NCBI GenBank assembly: GCA_963666285.1
Contig: OY762711.1
Length of the DNA: 64,000 nucleotides
Reading direction: 5' to 3' (one strand)
Source: Sedimentisphaerales bacterium
GTDB lineage: Bacteria; Planctomycetota; Phycisphaerae; Sedimentisphaerales; SM23-30
The stretch's first letter is position 1; every line of letters starts with the position of its first letter. Shown here piece by piece: positions 29,371-39,977 of this stretch. The notes below the pieces were generated by a model. That model ran no database searches. It was given only the letters and a program-made list of their open reading frames with translations, and had not been told where the DNA came from. The position numbers and the translations under genes are program-made.

Positions 29371-30948
29371 CTATTGTCTTTGGATGAGTATAAAATCTCT
29401 ATCTTCGCGATAATTAAATTCATCCAGGACATGCCAGGAGTCAAGCAGAGGAAGAGAGTCAAACTGCTCTTTCCTGATAAGAACACAATCGGCATCACTT
29501 GAAACAATATCTTCCGGTGATATATACAGATAATCGATTTTGAGATAATAAATAAATAGCTGATATTCAGGATTGCACAGATAAAGTACTTCATTTTCGG
29601 GGACAACAGACTCTATATGTACGGCAGTCTTTCGGCTGGTATTATCAGGAGGTAATATAAAACTACCAAAGGCATAATAAAGGTTAATCCCCATCGCGAT
29701 GACAATAGCAGTAAGCAAAGTAAGCTCAACTCGACAATTTATCAGTTTTTTTCCATAAAAGACAATACAAGTAACAAAGATAAAAGCCAGCGAGGTAGCA
29801 ACAGTAGTAAACGAAAACTCATAAGCAAATACTCCGACAATAGAGGCCAAAGTAATGATCGGGATAAAAATAAACAGTACCACTCTCCAGGTTTTGTCAG
29901 TGTGGTCAAGCGTTTTGTTATAATTAATTACCCAGGCAAACAGGAACAGGCCAAGCGGTACAACGGGCAGAGCATATCGGCCCAAAGTCCTGGGCATAAA
30001 AATAATAATAATAAAAGAGATAACAAAAGCCAGTCGAAGGGCAAAATAATAGCTTCGCTGCCGATCAGGAATATTATCCGTGAAACGTTTAATCCAGCAA
30101 ACCGGCATAATAATCAGCCAAGGCATAAGATTTAATACAGCAGATATACCCTCCTGAATAATTCTGTCGGGTTCGAACCGGAAAGAGCTGAATCGTTTAC
30201 CGACTTCTTTTTGCATGCGGGTATCCCGCAACTCGGCATACCCGGCAAGGTCAACAGCGTGATACCAGCAATAGAAAACAGCAAAGGCCATAAGAAGGCA
30301 GATAAAATGCTGGTAACAGAAGAGATCACGCCAGGAACGCGTTTTGGCAGATACACAAATAACCAGTACATAGAAAACCAGCAAAGCAATTGGCCCTTTG
30401 GTGAGTAAAGCGAATGCCAGAAACAGCATTGGGACAAAATACATTCTCCAGCGAGATGAATTGTCGAGCTTTCGATAGAACCACCAGAAGCAGGCGATAG
30501 CAGTCTGACTGACATAAACAGTGTCGATTTCGATAAGCCTGCCCTTGGTGGCAAGTCCGAGGCAGCCGAGAAATATCACGCATGCCAGGAACCGAAATTC
30601 AAGGGTGACCTGCCGGCAAGGCAGATAAAGAACAACCAGACAAAGGGTAAGTAGAGAAACGGGAGAGGGAAGCCGAACGACAAACTCCGAAGTGCTATTG
30701 AATATCTTAACCGAAGCGATAATAATCCAGTTGATCGTCGGCGGTTTATTGAAATACGGTTCTCCGCCGATATAAGGAATGAGATACTGACCGCTCTTGA
30801 TCATATCGAGTGCGGGCATTACCCTGCGGCCCTCTTCTCCTTTGAGTTCGAGGCTGCCAAGTCCGGGCAAAAATATTGCCGCCCATAATAACACAACTAA
30901 AATGAGGGCTATATAAGCAGCATTTTTACCAGATAACAATTTGTCCAT
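29371..30948 (-). CDS. ArnT/GT83-like (PMT family) membrane glycosyltransferase
   Basis: EEGRR, PYFNKPP..NW, RLPS, LTKGP; many TM helices. Confidence 0.85.
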   Translation of the reverse strand: MDKLLSGKNAAYIALILVVLLWAAIFLPGLGSLELKGEEGRRVMPALDMIKSGQYLIPYIGGEPYFNKPPTINWIIIASVKIFNSTSEFVVRLPSPVSLLTLCLVVLYLPCRQVTLEFRFLACVIFLGCLGLATKGRLIEIDTVYVSQTAIACFWWFYRKLDNSSRWRMYFVPMLFLAFALLTKGPIALLVFYVLVICVSAKTRSWRDLFCYQHFICLLMAFAVFYCWYHAVDLAGYAELRDTRMQKEVGKRFSSFRFEPDRIIQEGISAVLNLMPWLIIMPVCWIKRFTDNIPDRQRSYYFALRLAFVISFIIIIFMPRTLGRYALPVVPLGLFLFAWVINYNKTLDHTDKTWRVVLFIFIPIITLASIVGVFAYEFSFTTVATSLAFIFVTCIVFYGKKLINCRVELTLLTAIVIAMGINLYYAFGSFILPPDNTSRKTAVHIESVVPENEVLYLCNPEYQLFIYYLKIDYLYISPEDIVSSDADCVLIRKEQFDSLPLLDSWHVLDEFNYREDRDFILIQRQ

Positions 30949-31167
30949 TTAATACAACCCAGTACACCAAGTACTATTAACAGATCGTCGTAAACAAGAT
31001 AAGTAACAAAAACAACAGGCTAAAAAACCGCGTCAGGCGGAAAAAACAATAATAAGCATAAGCGAGTACCCTTAACTTATTAGTTCTGCAATATCCTTCC
31101 GGACAGATAATACAGTTTTGAAAGTGCAATAACAATTACCTACAGAATCCGGCAGAATAGCCAAAGC

Positions 31168-31202
31168 AAAAAAAAGGCAGGAGAATCAAATGCCCCTGCC
31201 TT
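31168..31202 (-). terminator. Rho-independent terminator
   Basis: AAGGCAGG...CCTGCCTT hairpin with a poly-T tail on the minus strand. Confidence 0.75.
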
Positions 31203-31257
31203 AGAGTGACTAGAATTATGTTCCCTTGAATAAAACAAAGGAACGATCAAACAAAAA

Positions 31258-32058
31258 TTATTCCTCTTCAGAAGAGACAGTCGGCATTCTGAAAATAGAA
31301 TTAGCCGGCAGGATATAAATTTCCACTCTTCGGTTTTTTTCGTTACCCTTATTGCCAGGGGCGTTTTCTGCGATTGGCCGCTGCTGACCGAAACCAACAA
31401 CAATCATACGCTGTTCGCTAACACCAACATCGGAAAGGATTTTTTCTACAGAAATAGCCCTGTGAGAAGAAAGATGCCAGTTAGTCGGATGTTTAACACG
31501 CGTATCAGGTTTTTTGATAGGCACATCATCAGTATGACCAACAATAGCAATATCAAATCCCTGAGCATCTTCGTTATTGATTATATTGCCAAACTCCCTG
31601 ATAGCAGCTTCTGCATCAGGCTGAACGGTGTCAGCTCCTTTATTGAAAAGCAGGTCGCTTTTGAGTTTAACCATACCGGTTTTTTCGTCGAAATCAATCA
31701 TTTCCGAAGCAGACGCCCAGGTAGCAATAGCGGTTGAAAGGCTAACCGGCAAAGCATTTTGTCCGACCATAGAAGCAAGATTCTTGATCGTTTCCTGCTG
31801 ATTTTCATTCTGAGCAGTCAGCAGGTCAACCTTTTTCTTTGAGGCATCCATCAGGGTTCTGAGGATTTCATTTTCAGCCTGGTATTTTTCAAACTTCTGA
31901 GCCCAGGTATTCTGTTCAGCTTCAAGATTATTGATCCGCTCTTTCAGCGTGTCATTTCTTCTGACACAGTTATCAAGTTCAGCATTACATCCGGCAAGAG
32001 CAAAAACAACAAACGCTCCCAATAACAGAGAAACAAGTAACCTGGATTTCATATTCAT
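31258..32058 (-). CDS. OmpA/MotB-like peptidoglycan-binding lipoprotein with coiled coil
   Basis: LAGC lipobox, GHTD..PI, NWHLS..RA, NRRVEI. Confidence 0.88.
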   Translation of the reverse strand: MNMKSRLLVSLLLGAFVVFALAGCNAELDNCVRRNDTLKERINNLEAEQNTWAQKFEKYQAENEILRTLMDASKKKVDLLTAQNENQQETIKNLASMVGQNALPVSLSTAIATWASASEMIDFDEKTGMVKLKSDLLFNKGADTVQPDAEAAIREFGNIINNEDAQGFDIAIVGHTDDVPIKKPDTRVKHPTNWHLSSHRAISVEKILSDVGVSEQRMIVVGFGQQRPIAENAPGNKGNEKNRRVEIYILPANSIFRMPTVSSEEE

Positions 32059-32204
32059 ATTCCTTTCGTATCAGTACACCCTGGTACCTATATATTTTAA
32101 AGCTCAAAAATATTTAATTTTAGTTGAACAGGTGCAAGTAAAACTCATGTTTAGGACAAGCACCAATAATATCGTAAAAAGATTATCCTATAAAGATGTC
32201 GTAA

Positions 32205-33416
32205 TTATTTTTTCTTTTTACGAACCTTTTTAGCTTTAGTTTTTTTCTCTTTTTTCTTAGATACTTTTTCTTTTTTGGCAGGTTTGGCTTTAGCAGGTCT
32301 TCCGCCGCCACCGCCACCGGACATAACAAGCCCAATAACGAGGAAAAGCAGAGCAACAACGCCAGCACCAACAGTAACCCACATCATGTTATCATTAACA
32401 ATCTTGAGAATACCGGGGTTTGTACCACTGGCAAAAGCAACAACATTGAAAGCCATGTAAACCAGCATGACAAAAGAAATGAACATCATGAACCCGAAAG
32501 CACTGCTAGTACGATCATAGATCTGCATAGCAGCAGCACGAGGACCACCGGCACCAGGCACAGCACCAGCCATAACAACCGGAGAATCGAATTCGTCAGT
32601 TGATTCCTCTTCCACAATAGGTTCAGCAATGGCCTCGGCATCGTCATCATCATCGTCAACAGCTTCCAGCATAGGAGCCTTTTCATCATCACCGCCGAGG
32701 TCGCCAATACCTTCATCGTAAATATCCTTGAGAATATCAGCACCAAGACTGGTATCATCAGCTTCACGCGAAAGGTCGAGCAACCCGCTACCGCTACTAC
32801 CGGGATCAAGCGAAATTTCATCATCTAACTGCATTGGAGAAGAAACTTTTGTCTGTGCCAGAGGATCGGCGTCCGCGTCAGCTTCATTATCTTCTAGAGC
32901 ATCAATCCCATGAGTGGTAACAACAGTGTCATCCTTGGTCGGCTTGCTATCTTCTGCCATCTGGGCATCAAGATTAACCGAGCCCTCTGAGGATGCATCG
33001 TTCAGCCCATACATTCCGGCTTCGCTTTCGGTTGGAGCCAGCCCAATAGAACTGCCGTCCAGATTTATAGCTTCAGACCCGGCGAGCAAATCGTCATCGT
33101 CGCCGGCAAGAGGCTCTAAATCACCAGCCGCAGTAGCATCAGCAGTAAAACTATCTTCGGGAGCGAGTCCGATAGAGCTGCCGGCAAGCCCGATAGAGCT
33201 ACCGTCAAGGTCCAGCCCTAAATCAATATCAGCATCCGGGATAGCATCGCCGCCAGAAGAAGCGACAAGTGAATCGACCTCGTCAACCTTGAAAAGTATC
33301 TTAGAGCCGTCACGAAATTCCCTCAGCTGTCCGTTCTGGACATATTCCTTAATCTGTGCTTCAGTACAGCCCAGTTTTTCCTGAACTTCCTCCATAGAGT
33401 AAAACATTTTGGCCAT
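32205..33416 (-). CDS. HTH (excisionase-like) protein with acidic linker and two C-terminal TM helices
   Basis: MAKMFYSMEEV...G.LREFRDG....FK..EV; Asp/Glu-rich middle; Lys-rich tail; GGAGG upstream of ATG 33416. Confidence 0.8.
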   Translation of the reverse strand: MAKMFYSMEEVQEKLGCTEAQIKEYVQNGQLREFRDGSKILFKVDEVDSLVASSGGDAIPDADIDLGLDLDGSSIGLAGSSIGLAPEDSFTADATAAGDLEPLAGDDDDLLAGSEAINLDGSSIGLAPTESEAGMYGLNDASSEGSVNLDAQMAEDSKPTKDDTVVTTHGIDALEDNEADADADPLAQTKVSSPMQLDDEISLDPGSSGSGLLDLSREADDTSLGADILKDIYDEGIGDLGGDDEKAPMLEAVDDDDDDAEAIAEPIVEEESTDEFDSPVVMAGAVPGAGGPRAAAMQIYDRTSSAFGFMMFISFVMLVYMAFNVVAFASGTNPGILKIVNDNMMWVTVGAGVVALLFLVIGLVMSGGGGGGRPAKAKPAKKEKVSKKKEKKTKAKKVRKKKK

Positions 33417-33519
33417 TTTTGATGGTCCTCCATGCCCGAACCAAACGGGCAAAGCAAAAATAATGCAGTTTTAAGTTTTATAACACAGCACCGGGCACAA
33501 AGGCCAGATGACAAGTATC

Positions 33520-33906
33520 TTATTTATTATCGTCACCAGCTTCAGAATTCATATCAGCCTCAAGCTGTTTTTCCAGTATCTTCAAAATATCATCCGGCGT
33601 CGGCGGTCCGGTATTATAGTCTTTGAGCAGCATGTCATAGCCGTAATACCTGGTGGCCATAAGCCTGAACCGCTGATAATCCGGCCTGCTCATATCATAA
33701 GCATAAAGGCAAATAGTCTGTTTAGACTTATGTACCATCGCCAGCAGGTCGAGTCCATTTATATTCAAAGTAACCAGTTCCAAATCATTGTCACTGACGC
33801 CGGCAGGCTGAGCTATTGCAGCAGACTCATTATTGCCTGGCCCTGTGGTAATCATATAAACAGAGATACAGGCAAAAACAACAAGCAAAATTTTCATACA
33901 TTTCAT
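33520..33906 (-). CDS. Hypothetical exported protein
   Basis: 128-aa ORF with signal peptide, co-oriented with the two downstream genes. Confidence 0.65.
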   Translation of the reverse strand: MKCMKILLVVFACISVYMITTGPGNNESAAIAQPAGVSDNDLELVTLNINGLDLLAMVHKSKQTICLYAYDMSRPDYQRFRLMATRYYGYDMLLKDYNTGPPTPDDILKILEKQLEADMNSEAGDDNK

Positions 33907-34455
33907 GCCGTAGAAATTCCGATCATCTGGATGCTAAGTTGTCTAATAATAAGTATCTATACCGCGCTCTACTGAGCAAATTTAACTGTTGGCACAACAA
34001 AGGCTGGTTTGCAAGGGGAAAAAACATTGCAAGGTAGTTTAATCTGTGTGCCTGGCAGGTTCAATAACTCTTTTATTTACATGAGTTTATACAATAAGCC
34101 CATAAATACAAAATTTTAACAGATGAGTGTGTTTTTTGCAAGAGAAAAACCGATTCATGCTTATTGGTAAAAAGCATAAAATTGAGCCAGGAAATTCGAT
34201 TAAAAAGAGAAGGATTTTGGTGTCAGAGCCATGAGCAAAATAAAATCACTGACGGAAAGTAAAAAAAACAAACAGCACACAAAGCACCGAGACTCATAAG
34301 AAGCAATTTAACTTATTATTTATAAGATACTTAAGTGATTAACGCCAAGAATCATAACTGAAATTCACCAAGCTAACCGGATGCTATTTTGGCAGGCCCA
34401 CACATGGTGTTATTTTACAATTTACCTTTTACATTATTAACATTATCATACTGAC

Positions 34456-35505
34456 ATGAGTTATTTAGAAATAATATCAGGCACCAGTAAAGGCCCATTA
34501 GCCCGACTAGTAAGGTTGCTACTGGTAGTACCTTCCATAATATATGGGTTTATTATCCGTATCCGCAACCTTGGATATAACCTTGGAATACTGAAAGTGA
34601 CCAAGTTTAATATACCTATTATATGTGTAGGTAATTTGACAGCCGGCGGGACAGGAAAGACGCCTATGGTGATATGGTTATGTAAGTATTTACAGAAAAA
34701 AGGTTTATCAGTAGGTTTACTAAGCCGCGGCTATAAGGGAGATGCCGAAGGAACTAATGATGAGATGCGGCTGCTGGAAGAGGCACTTGGTAATACCAGA
34801 TTTTATGTCGGTTCAGACCGGGTAACCTCAGCACAGACCGCAATTGACGAAGGTGTAATGACACTGGTCATGGACGACGGTTACCAGCATCGTCGACTGG
34901 GACGTTCACTGGATATATTAATGATAGACGGTCTATGCCCGTTTGGCTATAGAAAGATGCTACCGGCAGGTCTGCTGCGTGAGCCAGTTTCGGGAGTAAA
35001 ACGAGCAGAAATAGCGGCCATAAGCCGGGCCGACCTGGCAGGCGAAACCGCAATTGAACAAATAAAAGCAGCCCTAAAGAAGCATACTGATATTCCGGTA
35101 GTGACATGCTCACATAAGCCGGAGGCGATATACAGCTGCGATGGAGTAAAAGTACCATTAGAAGAGCTGTCAGGCAAAAAAGTAACCGCATTCTGCTCAA
35201 TCGGCAACCCGGGCGGATTTGTAGCAACGCTTGAAAAACTAGGAGCAGAAGTTCGCGGCAGATACTTTTTTGACGACCATAGTGACTATGATAACGAGCG
35301 AATAGATATTTTGCGACAGCTATCGGAAGATACGGGCGAACAATGGCTTATAACAACCGAAAAAGACTGGGTAAAACTGCGTGAGCTACCGGAAGTATCA
35401 ACGGTAAACAGGCTTTACTGGCTAAAAATTGAACTTGCAATATTGAGCGGCCAAGAGGAACTTGAGCGTGTAATTGACGAATCATTAAAGAAATTCATGC
35501 CGTAA
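34456..35505 (+). CDS. lpxK: Tetraacyldisaccharide 4'-kinase
   Basis: VGNLTAGGTGKTP, SRGY, DDGYQH, LPAGLLRE, TTEKD. Confidence 0.95.
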   Translation: MSYLEIISGTSKGPLARLVRLLLVVPSIIYGFIIRIRNLGYNLGILKVTKFNIPIICVGNLTAGGTGKTPMVIWLCKYLQKKGLSVGLLSRGYKGDAEGTNDEMRLLEEALGNTRFYVGSDRVTSAQTAIDEGVMTLVMDDGYQHRRLGRSLDILMIDGLCPFGYRKMLPAGLLREPVSGVKRAEIAAISRADLAGETAIEQIKAALKKHTDIPVVTCSHKPEAIYSCDGVKVPLEELSGKKVTAFCSIGNPGGFVATLEKLGAEVRGRYFFDDHSDYDNERIDILRQLSEDTGEQWLITTEKDWVKLRELPEVSTVNRLYWLKIELAILSGQEELERVIDESLKKFMP

Positions 35506-35718
35506 CTTACCTGCCACATAAAAACCCAAATCTCCAAACAAAAATGTTACAATAATGACACATTTTTGATATAATTGATAATCTAGATTCGCTTTTACTA
35601 TAATATCTACAAAAACTTAGCAACACAATCCTCCTCAGCGAGCCACGGTAAACATAAGGCGTACAACCGCCCCCACAAAAATTGACACACCAAATAAAAC
35701 AGCAAAGGACGATACCAA

Positions 35719-37254
35719 ATGATCAAAATCAGATTCAATTTTTTGTATATCACTGTCTTATCTACACTTATATCATGGTGTCCGGCATTAGCAGAAGAAA
35801 CACCCAGCCCGGCAAGCAAGTATGTCTTTTTGTTTATAGGCGACGGAATGGCAGCAGCACAAGTACATGCAACAGAAGCATATCTATCCGCAACGCAGCC
35901 AGAGTCGGAGCCGGGTAAAGAAGCGATACTAACAATGGATACATTCCCGATCCATGCGATGCAGATCAGCCATTCCAACAACAGCCTGATAACGGATTCT
36001 GCTGCGGCAGGAACCGCCCTGGCATGCGGGCAGAAGACCAATAACGGCGTATTAGCAAAATCGCCAGACCTGAAACATAATTATCGCAGCATTGCCGAGC
36101 TGGCAAAATCTAAGGGAATGAAAGTTGGAATTGTAACAAGCGTATCGCTTGACCATGCAACACCTGCATCATTTTATGCCCACCAAAACAGCCGCGAGAA
36201 TTACGAACAAATTGCATTTGAACTTTTAGAGAAAGACTTTGACTATTTTGGCGGCGGCGGCTTTAAGGTTGACACATGGCGCAGCAGGAAATACAGGAAA
36301 CTGTCATTAAGCCAACGATATGAAGTAATAAAAGAGGCAGCAACCGCAAATGGTTTTACATATGTAAATAATCGCGAAGATTTCGCGAAAGCAAATTCAG
36401 GTCGAGTGTTAGCAGTGAACCGATACCTGGATGGGCTGAACTCATTGCCGTATAATATCAATATTGAAAACGCAGGCGGCGAAGGAGGGAAATATGACGG
36501 CTCAATATCGCTGGCAGAATTTACCCAGAAGGGAATAGACCTGTTGGAAAATGAGAATGGATTTTTCATGATGGTAGAAGGCGGTAAGATCGACTGGGCC
36601 TGTCATGCCAATGATGCACGAGCGGCAATAGATGAAACAATAGCCTTTGATGAAGCGATTTCAGTGGCGTTAAAATTCTACCAGGCACACCCGGAAGAGA
36701 CAACAATAGTAGTAACCGGTGATCACGAATGCGGCGGAATGGCGTTAGGATTTGCCGCAACCAAATACACCTCATTTTTCCATATACTAAGCAAACAAAA
36801 GCTGGCCTTCGACGAATTTAACAGCTGTATAATACCGGCATATAAAGAATCGCATGACACCTTTACAGAAAATATCGACCAGGAGATGTGGCAGATAATA
36901 TTTGACTGTTTCGGATTGGACGGAGCAGATATTTCACCGGAGAAATCAGACAATCTCAGTGAGTATCAGAAGATTATGCTGGAGAACGCATACGACAAAC
37001 AATTCAACAAGACATCCGATATGCCAAAAGAGCAGGAGTATATTCTTTACGGCAAACTGCAACCTATGACAATATCCCTGACACATATAATAAACCAGAG
37101 AGCCGGACTGTCGTGGACCTCTTATGCCCATACAGCGATCCCGGTGCCGGTAAGAGCGATAGGCAAAGACCAGGATAACTTCAGCGGGTATTATCAAAAT
37201 GTCGAGATACCCAGAAGACTGGCCACAATAATAAACGGATCACTTACGGAATAA
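35719..37254 (+). CDS. phoA: Alkaline phosphatase
   Basis: FIGDGM, TDSAAAGTA, HATPA, EGGKIDWACHAND, TGDHE. Confidence 0.92.
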   Translation: MIKIRFNFLYITVLSTLISWCPALAEETPSPASKYVFLFIGDGMAAAQVHATEAYLSATQPESEPGKEAILTMDTFPIHAMQISHSNNSLITDSAAAGTALACGQKTNNGVLAKSPDLKHNYRSIAELAKSKGMKVGIVTSVSLDHATPASFYAHQNSRENYEQIAFELLEKDFDYFGGGGFKVDTWRSRKYRKLSLSQRYEVIKEAATANGFTYVNNREDFAKANSGRVLAVNRYLDGLNSLPYNINIENAGGEGGKYDGSISLAEFTQKGIDLLENENGFFMMVEGGKIDWACHANDARAAIDETIAFDEAISVALKFYQAHPEETTIVVTGDHECGGMALGFAATKYTSFFHILSKQKLAFDEFNSCIIPAYKESHDTFTENIDQEMWQIIFDCFGLDGADISPEKSDNLSEYQKIMLENAYDKQFNKTSDMPKEQEYILYGKLQPMTISLTHIINQRAGLSWTSYAHTAIPVPVRAIGKDQDNFSGYYQNVEIPRRLATIINGSLTE

Positions 37255-37267
37255 TACTATCAAAGCC

Positions 37268-38407
37268 ATGAGAACAGCAGACGCAATTACAACAGGATTG
37301 TTTATAATCGCATGCATTGTCCTGCTAGTTATACCGACCGGCTTTGAGAACAGGATTCCGGATGGTTCGTTTTTGGTGAAGGCAAAAGTTCTGGAAGTTA
37401 ACAACTCGGCAGTTGAGCAATACCAGATAGTAACAACCGGCAGCCAATACCTGGAAGTTGAAATCCTTGAAGGAGAATTTGCAGGCACAACAACCCAGGC
37501 CATTAACCAGCTGACCGGCAGAATGGAATTCGATGAAGTTATCAGGCCGTATTCGATTATTATGATCGAATACAAGCTTAATGATGATCACGATATCGAG
37601 ATAGCCTATTCGAGGGGATATTACCGACTGCAATACGAATTGCTCCTGATACTACTTTTTGCCGGTTTCCTGATAGCGGTAGCAGGATGGACGGGGCTGA
37701 AGGCGATAGTGTCATTTGCATTTGCGGCGTTAATGATATGGAAGATACTGATACCGTTATTTCTCAAAGGAGTTGACCCGATACCATTATCACTGGCGGT
37801 AGTCGCACTGCTGACAGCATCGATAAGTTTCCTGGTTGGCGGGCTGACACGTAAAGGGCTGACAGCGTTTGCCGGATCATTTTCGGGGCTGTTGCTGACG
37901 TGTATCCTGGCGAAGCTTTTTGCACCCGGTTTTGTTATTCACGGGGCAGTGAAACCGTTTGCAGAGACCCTGCTGTATTCGGGTTACGAGCATCTGAACT
38001 TGTCGGGAATATTCCTGGCAGGGATATTTATCGCGTGTTCGGGGGCGGTAATGGACCTGGCGATGGATGTGTCAGCTTCAATTTATGAAATAAAACAGAA
38101 GAAGCCAGAGATAACATTCTGGCCACTGTTTAAATCGGGTATGGCTGTAGGCCGTTCGGTTATAGGGACGATGACCACCACGCTGCTGCTGGCATATTCC
38201 GGGGGGTATACCGCGATGATGATGTGTTTTATGGCCAAAGGACTGCCGGTGGCACAGATACTTAACAAGACATATGTCGCGGCAGAAATATTAAACATTA
38301 TAGTAGGCAGCTTTGGGCTGGTAGCGGTGGCGCCGCTGACCGCCCTGATCGGCAGTATGCTGATGAATATGGGAAATTGCGGGGATGATAGTGAAAGCAC
38401 AAAATAA
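37268..38407 (+). CDS. YibE/F family membrane protein
   Basis: GAVMDLAM, G..VGR..IGTM..TL.LAY.G motifs. Confidence 0.88.
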   Translation: MRTADAITTGLFIIACIVLLVIPTGFENRIPDGSFLVKAKVLEVNNSAVEQYQIVTTGSQYLEVEILEGEFAGTTTQAINQLTGRMEFDEVIRPYSIIMIEYKLNDDHDIEIAYSRGYYRLQYELLLILLFAGFLIAVAGWTGLKAIVSFAFAALMIWKILIPLFLKGVDPIPLSLAVVALLTASISFLVGGLTRKGLTAFAGSFSGLLLTCILAKLFAPGFVIHGAVKPFAETLLYSGYEHLNLSGIFLAGIFIACSGAVMDLAMDVSASIYEIKQKKPEITFWPLFKSGMAVGRSVIGTMTTTLLLAYSGGYTAMMMCFMAKGLPVAQILNKTYVAAEILNIIVGSFGLVAVAPLTALIGSMLMNMGNCGDDSESTK

Positions 38408-38470
38408 CAACCACTACCTCAACAAAAGCAATTTTCAGAGGTAATCATTAGAGATAAACCGAAACCGCTC

Positions 38471-39838
38471 TTAACGTTTTATGAGCCAGTGTTGAGCAAA
38501 AACGTTGAGGTCTTTCATGTCGATGAAATTTTCGCTTTTGCCTTCGGTATCCAAATCGCACAGGCTGTTCCAGCCGATGCCGCCTTTGTTTGTTTGCCAT
38601 GCGGCACTGAACGCACCGAAATCAATCATATTTACGCCATAATCTCCGGCAATATCGCCGGGGATAGTTTCCTGAAAGCGTAATGCCGGGGAGTCGAAAC
38701 CTTCGCGAATCTTCCATACATCATCGAAGTCCCAGTTGGTGAAATTAGACTGATGGGTCATCTGTTCAAAAGAAAGGTAGTCTGCACCCCCGGAATAATC
38801 AGGATTGCAATAGAAAGAATCCGTACACGGGATATATGCAGTACCCCATAGACCGCCATAATAAGCCTGAGCAGTTAACGAACCAACGATTGCATAGCAG
38901 TTGCTGACAAATCCGGCGTCAAGCTTGCCGCCAAAACACCCGACCCTGACACTGCCGGAAATTTTATCACAAATGGAATAGCAGTTCTGAATATTGCCGT
39001 TACTAAAGCCGCAAAAACCTCCGGTCAAATCATCACAATAAAAATATGAGACACGGGCATAACATTGTTGAATACTACCGGAATTTCTGCCGCAGAAACC
39101 ACCAAAAGAATGGGCACATCTGGCTTGAGGCTTTTCAACACCTTCAACAAAACTGTTTGTTATACTGCCGGTATTGCAACCACAAAAGCCGCCATAAACA
39201 GTATTGTAATTACTGCTGGTATTGATCGTTACCGACCGGATAGAACAGTTGCTGACAGCTCCGGCATTACACCCACAGATCGGACCGACAATTCGAGAAT
39301 CGTAGGCACCGTAAATGGTGACATTTTGCAGGTGCAGGTTGGAGACAGAACCAGATGAACCAATCTTGCCAAAGATACCGAGGTAGCAGCAGCTAACACT
39401 TAAAGCTCCTATGGTAGTATTGCTGATCGTGCAACCGTTACCGTCAAAAGTACCTTCGTATGGTGTACCATCAAATGCTTCCCAGTTGGTATTGTCTGTA
39501 TCGGGAGCAATATATGCCCGGGGAGATATAGGATATTCGCTGAAATCGAGCGGGTTGGTCAGCCGGGCGTAGGTGCCTGCGGCCCAGAAGACCCCGGCAT
39601 TTTCCTGGCTGCTGAATTCGAGGAAATCCTCTACGTCGTGGATAAGGAAAGGCGAATCGAGAGTGCCGGTGCCGGTGATGATGCCGTTAGCTGCTGTAAG
39701 TGGAGAAGAAATAATAAGTAATAGAAACAGAATTTGAATTGAGATAGAGAATTTCATGCACATTCCTCCAGAACTTAGAGAGATAAACCAAAATACATAC
39801 ACTAACAAATTTTTGCACTCTAAGGTTTCAAGAACCAT
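38471..39838 (-). CDS. Secreted GLUG-motif protein with dockerin-like tail
   Basis: GTGT..SPFLI, GTFDGNG, repeated GGFCG.N.G.I..CY; tail GDI.GD..VN..DF..F...W. True start is probably one of the Met codons near 39757-39763. Confidence 0.8.
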   Translation of the reverse strand: MVLETLECKNLLVYVFWFISLSSGGMCMKFSISIQILFLLLIISSPLTAANGIITGTGTLDSPFLIHDVEDFLEFSSQENAGVFWAAGTYARLTNPLDFSEYPISPRAYIAPDTDNTNWEAFDGTPYEGTFDGNGCTISNTTIGALSVSCCYLGIFGKIGSSGSVSNLHLQNVTIYGAYDSRIVGPICGCNAGAVSNCSIRSVTINTSSNYNTVYGGFCGCNTGSITNSFVEGVEKPQARCAHSFGGFCGRNSGSIQQCYARVSYFYCDDLTGGFCGFSNGNIQNCYSICDKISGSVRVGCFGGKLDAGFVSNCYAIVGSLTAQAYYGGLWGTAYIPCTDSFYCNPDYSGGADYLSFEQMTHQSNFTNWDFDDVWKIREGFDSPALRFQETIPGDIAGDYGVNMIDFGAFSAAWQTNKGGIGWNSLCDLDTEGKSENFIDMKDLNVFAQHWLIKR

Positions 39839-39977
39839 TCAATATTAACAATAGGCCGGTACGAAGGAAATTTTCAAATGAAAGCATGATAAATAAAGAC
39901 CATAAGGAGCTATCTGTCGCATGATACGAACTTTATCGTTGATAAAAAGCGGGAATTAACGTACATTAATTAGTACT

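Noticed and set aside
31258..32058. Flagellar stator motB
   Set aside because: It has a lipoprotein signal rather than the MotB TM helix with the conserved Asp, and there is no adjacent motA.
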